Source: Vicugna vicugna (Eukaryota). Taken from it: a DNA stretch of 64,000 bases. Positions 63,881-64,000 of this stretch are shown here, piece by piece (within the stretch, counting starts at the first letter, position 1; each line of letters opens with the position of its first letter). Location of the stretch: contig MU057987.1 in assembly GCA_013265495.1 (NCBI GenBank), forward strand, positions 1 through 64,000, given 5' to 3'. The position numbers were made by a program, and so were the translations under genes. The notes under the pieces were generated by a model. That model was not told the origin of the DNA. It saw only the letters and a program-made list of their open reading frames with translations, and made no database searches.

Positions 63881-64000
63881 TCTGAGATTTTATAAAACAC
63901 AATGAGAGGTTCAGAGGTGACAGCTATAAAGAATATAAAGATGTTGTATAGGATGGGATTAAATGAGAAATCATGGTGTGTAACTGAAAAGATTGATATG

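Noticed and set aside
1..64000. CRISPR arrays, operons, tRNA/rRNA/snRNA genes, V(D)J segments, intact ERV genes
   Set aside because: None seen; the sequence is mammalian repeat-rich DNA with only solo LTRs and no repeat-spacer periodicity

Overview
Mammalian nuclear genomic DNA that looks intronic or intergenic. It is AT-rich and CpG-depleted overall and densely covered by interspersed repeats: L1, L2, L3/CR1, MIR, MaLR/ERVL/ERV1 solo LTRs and hAT DNA transposon fossils. The least-decayed L1 3' ends (27346-28440, 56330-56465) resemble the camelid L1 tail as I recall it, so a camel/alpaca-type source is inferred but not proven. I could not recognise any host protein-coding gene. The only ORFs with recognisable homology are decayed L1 ORF2 pieces plus a hAT transposase C-terminal remnant; the rest of the ORF track looks like chance. 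No tRNA, rRNA, snRNA or CRISPR was seen. The most unusual signal is a sharply bounded ~200-bp block at ~59.2-59.4 kb with about 36 CpGs. It sits inside a well-delimited 288-nt candidate exon and carries CTCF-like motifs. Other items worth checking are CpG-rich patches inside ancient repeats, scattered exon-like segments with strong splice sites, several nested TE insertions and two L1s with similar internal deletions. I found no well-supported novel biological system. Repeat family names come from recalled consensus sequences, and boundaries are approximate unless termini are quoted.
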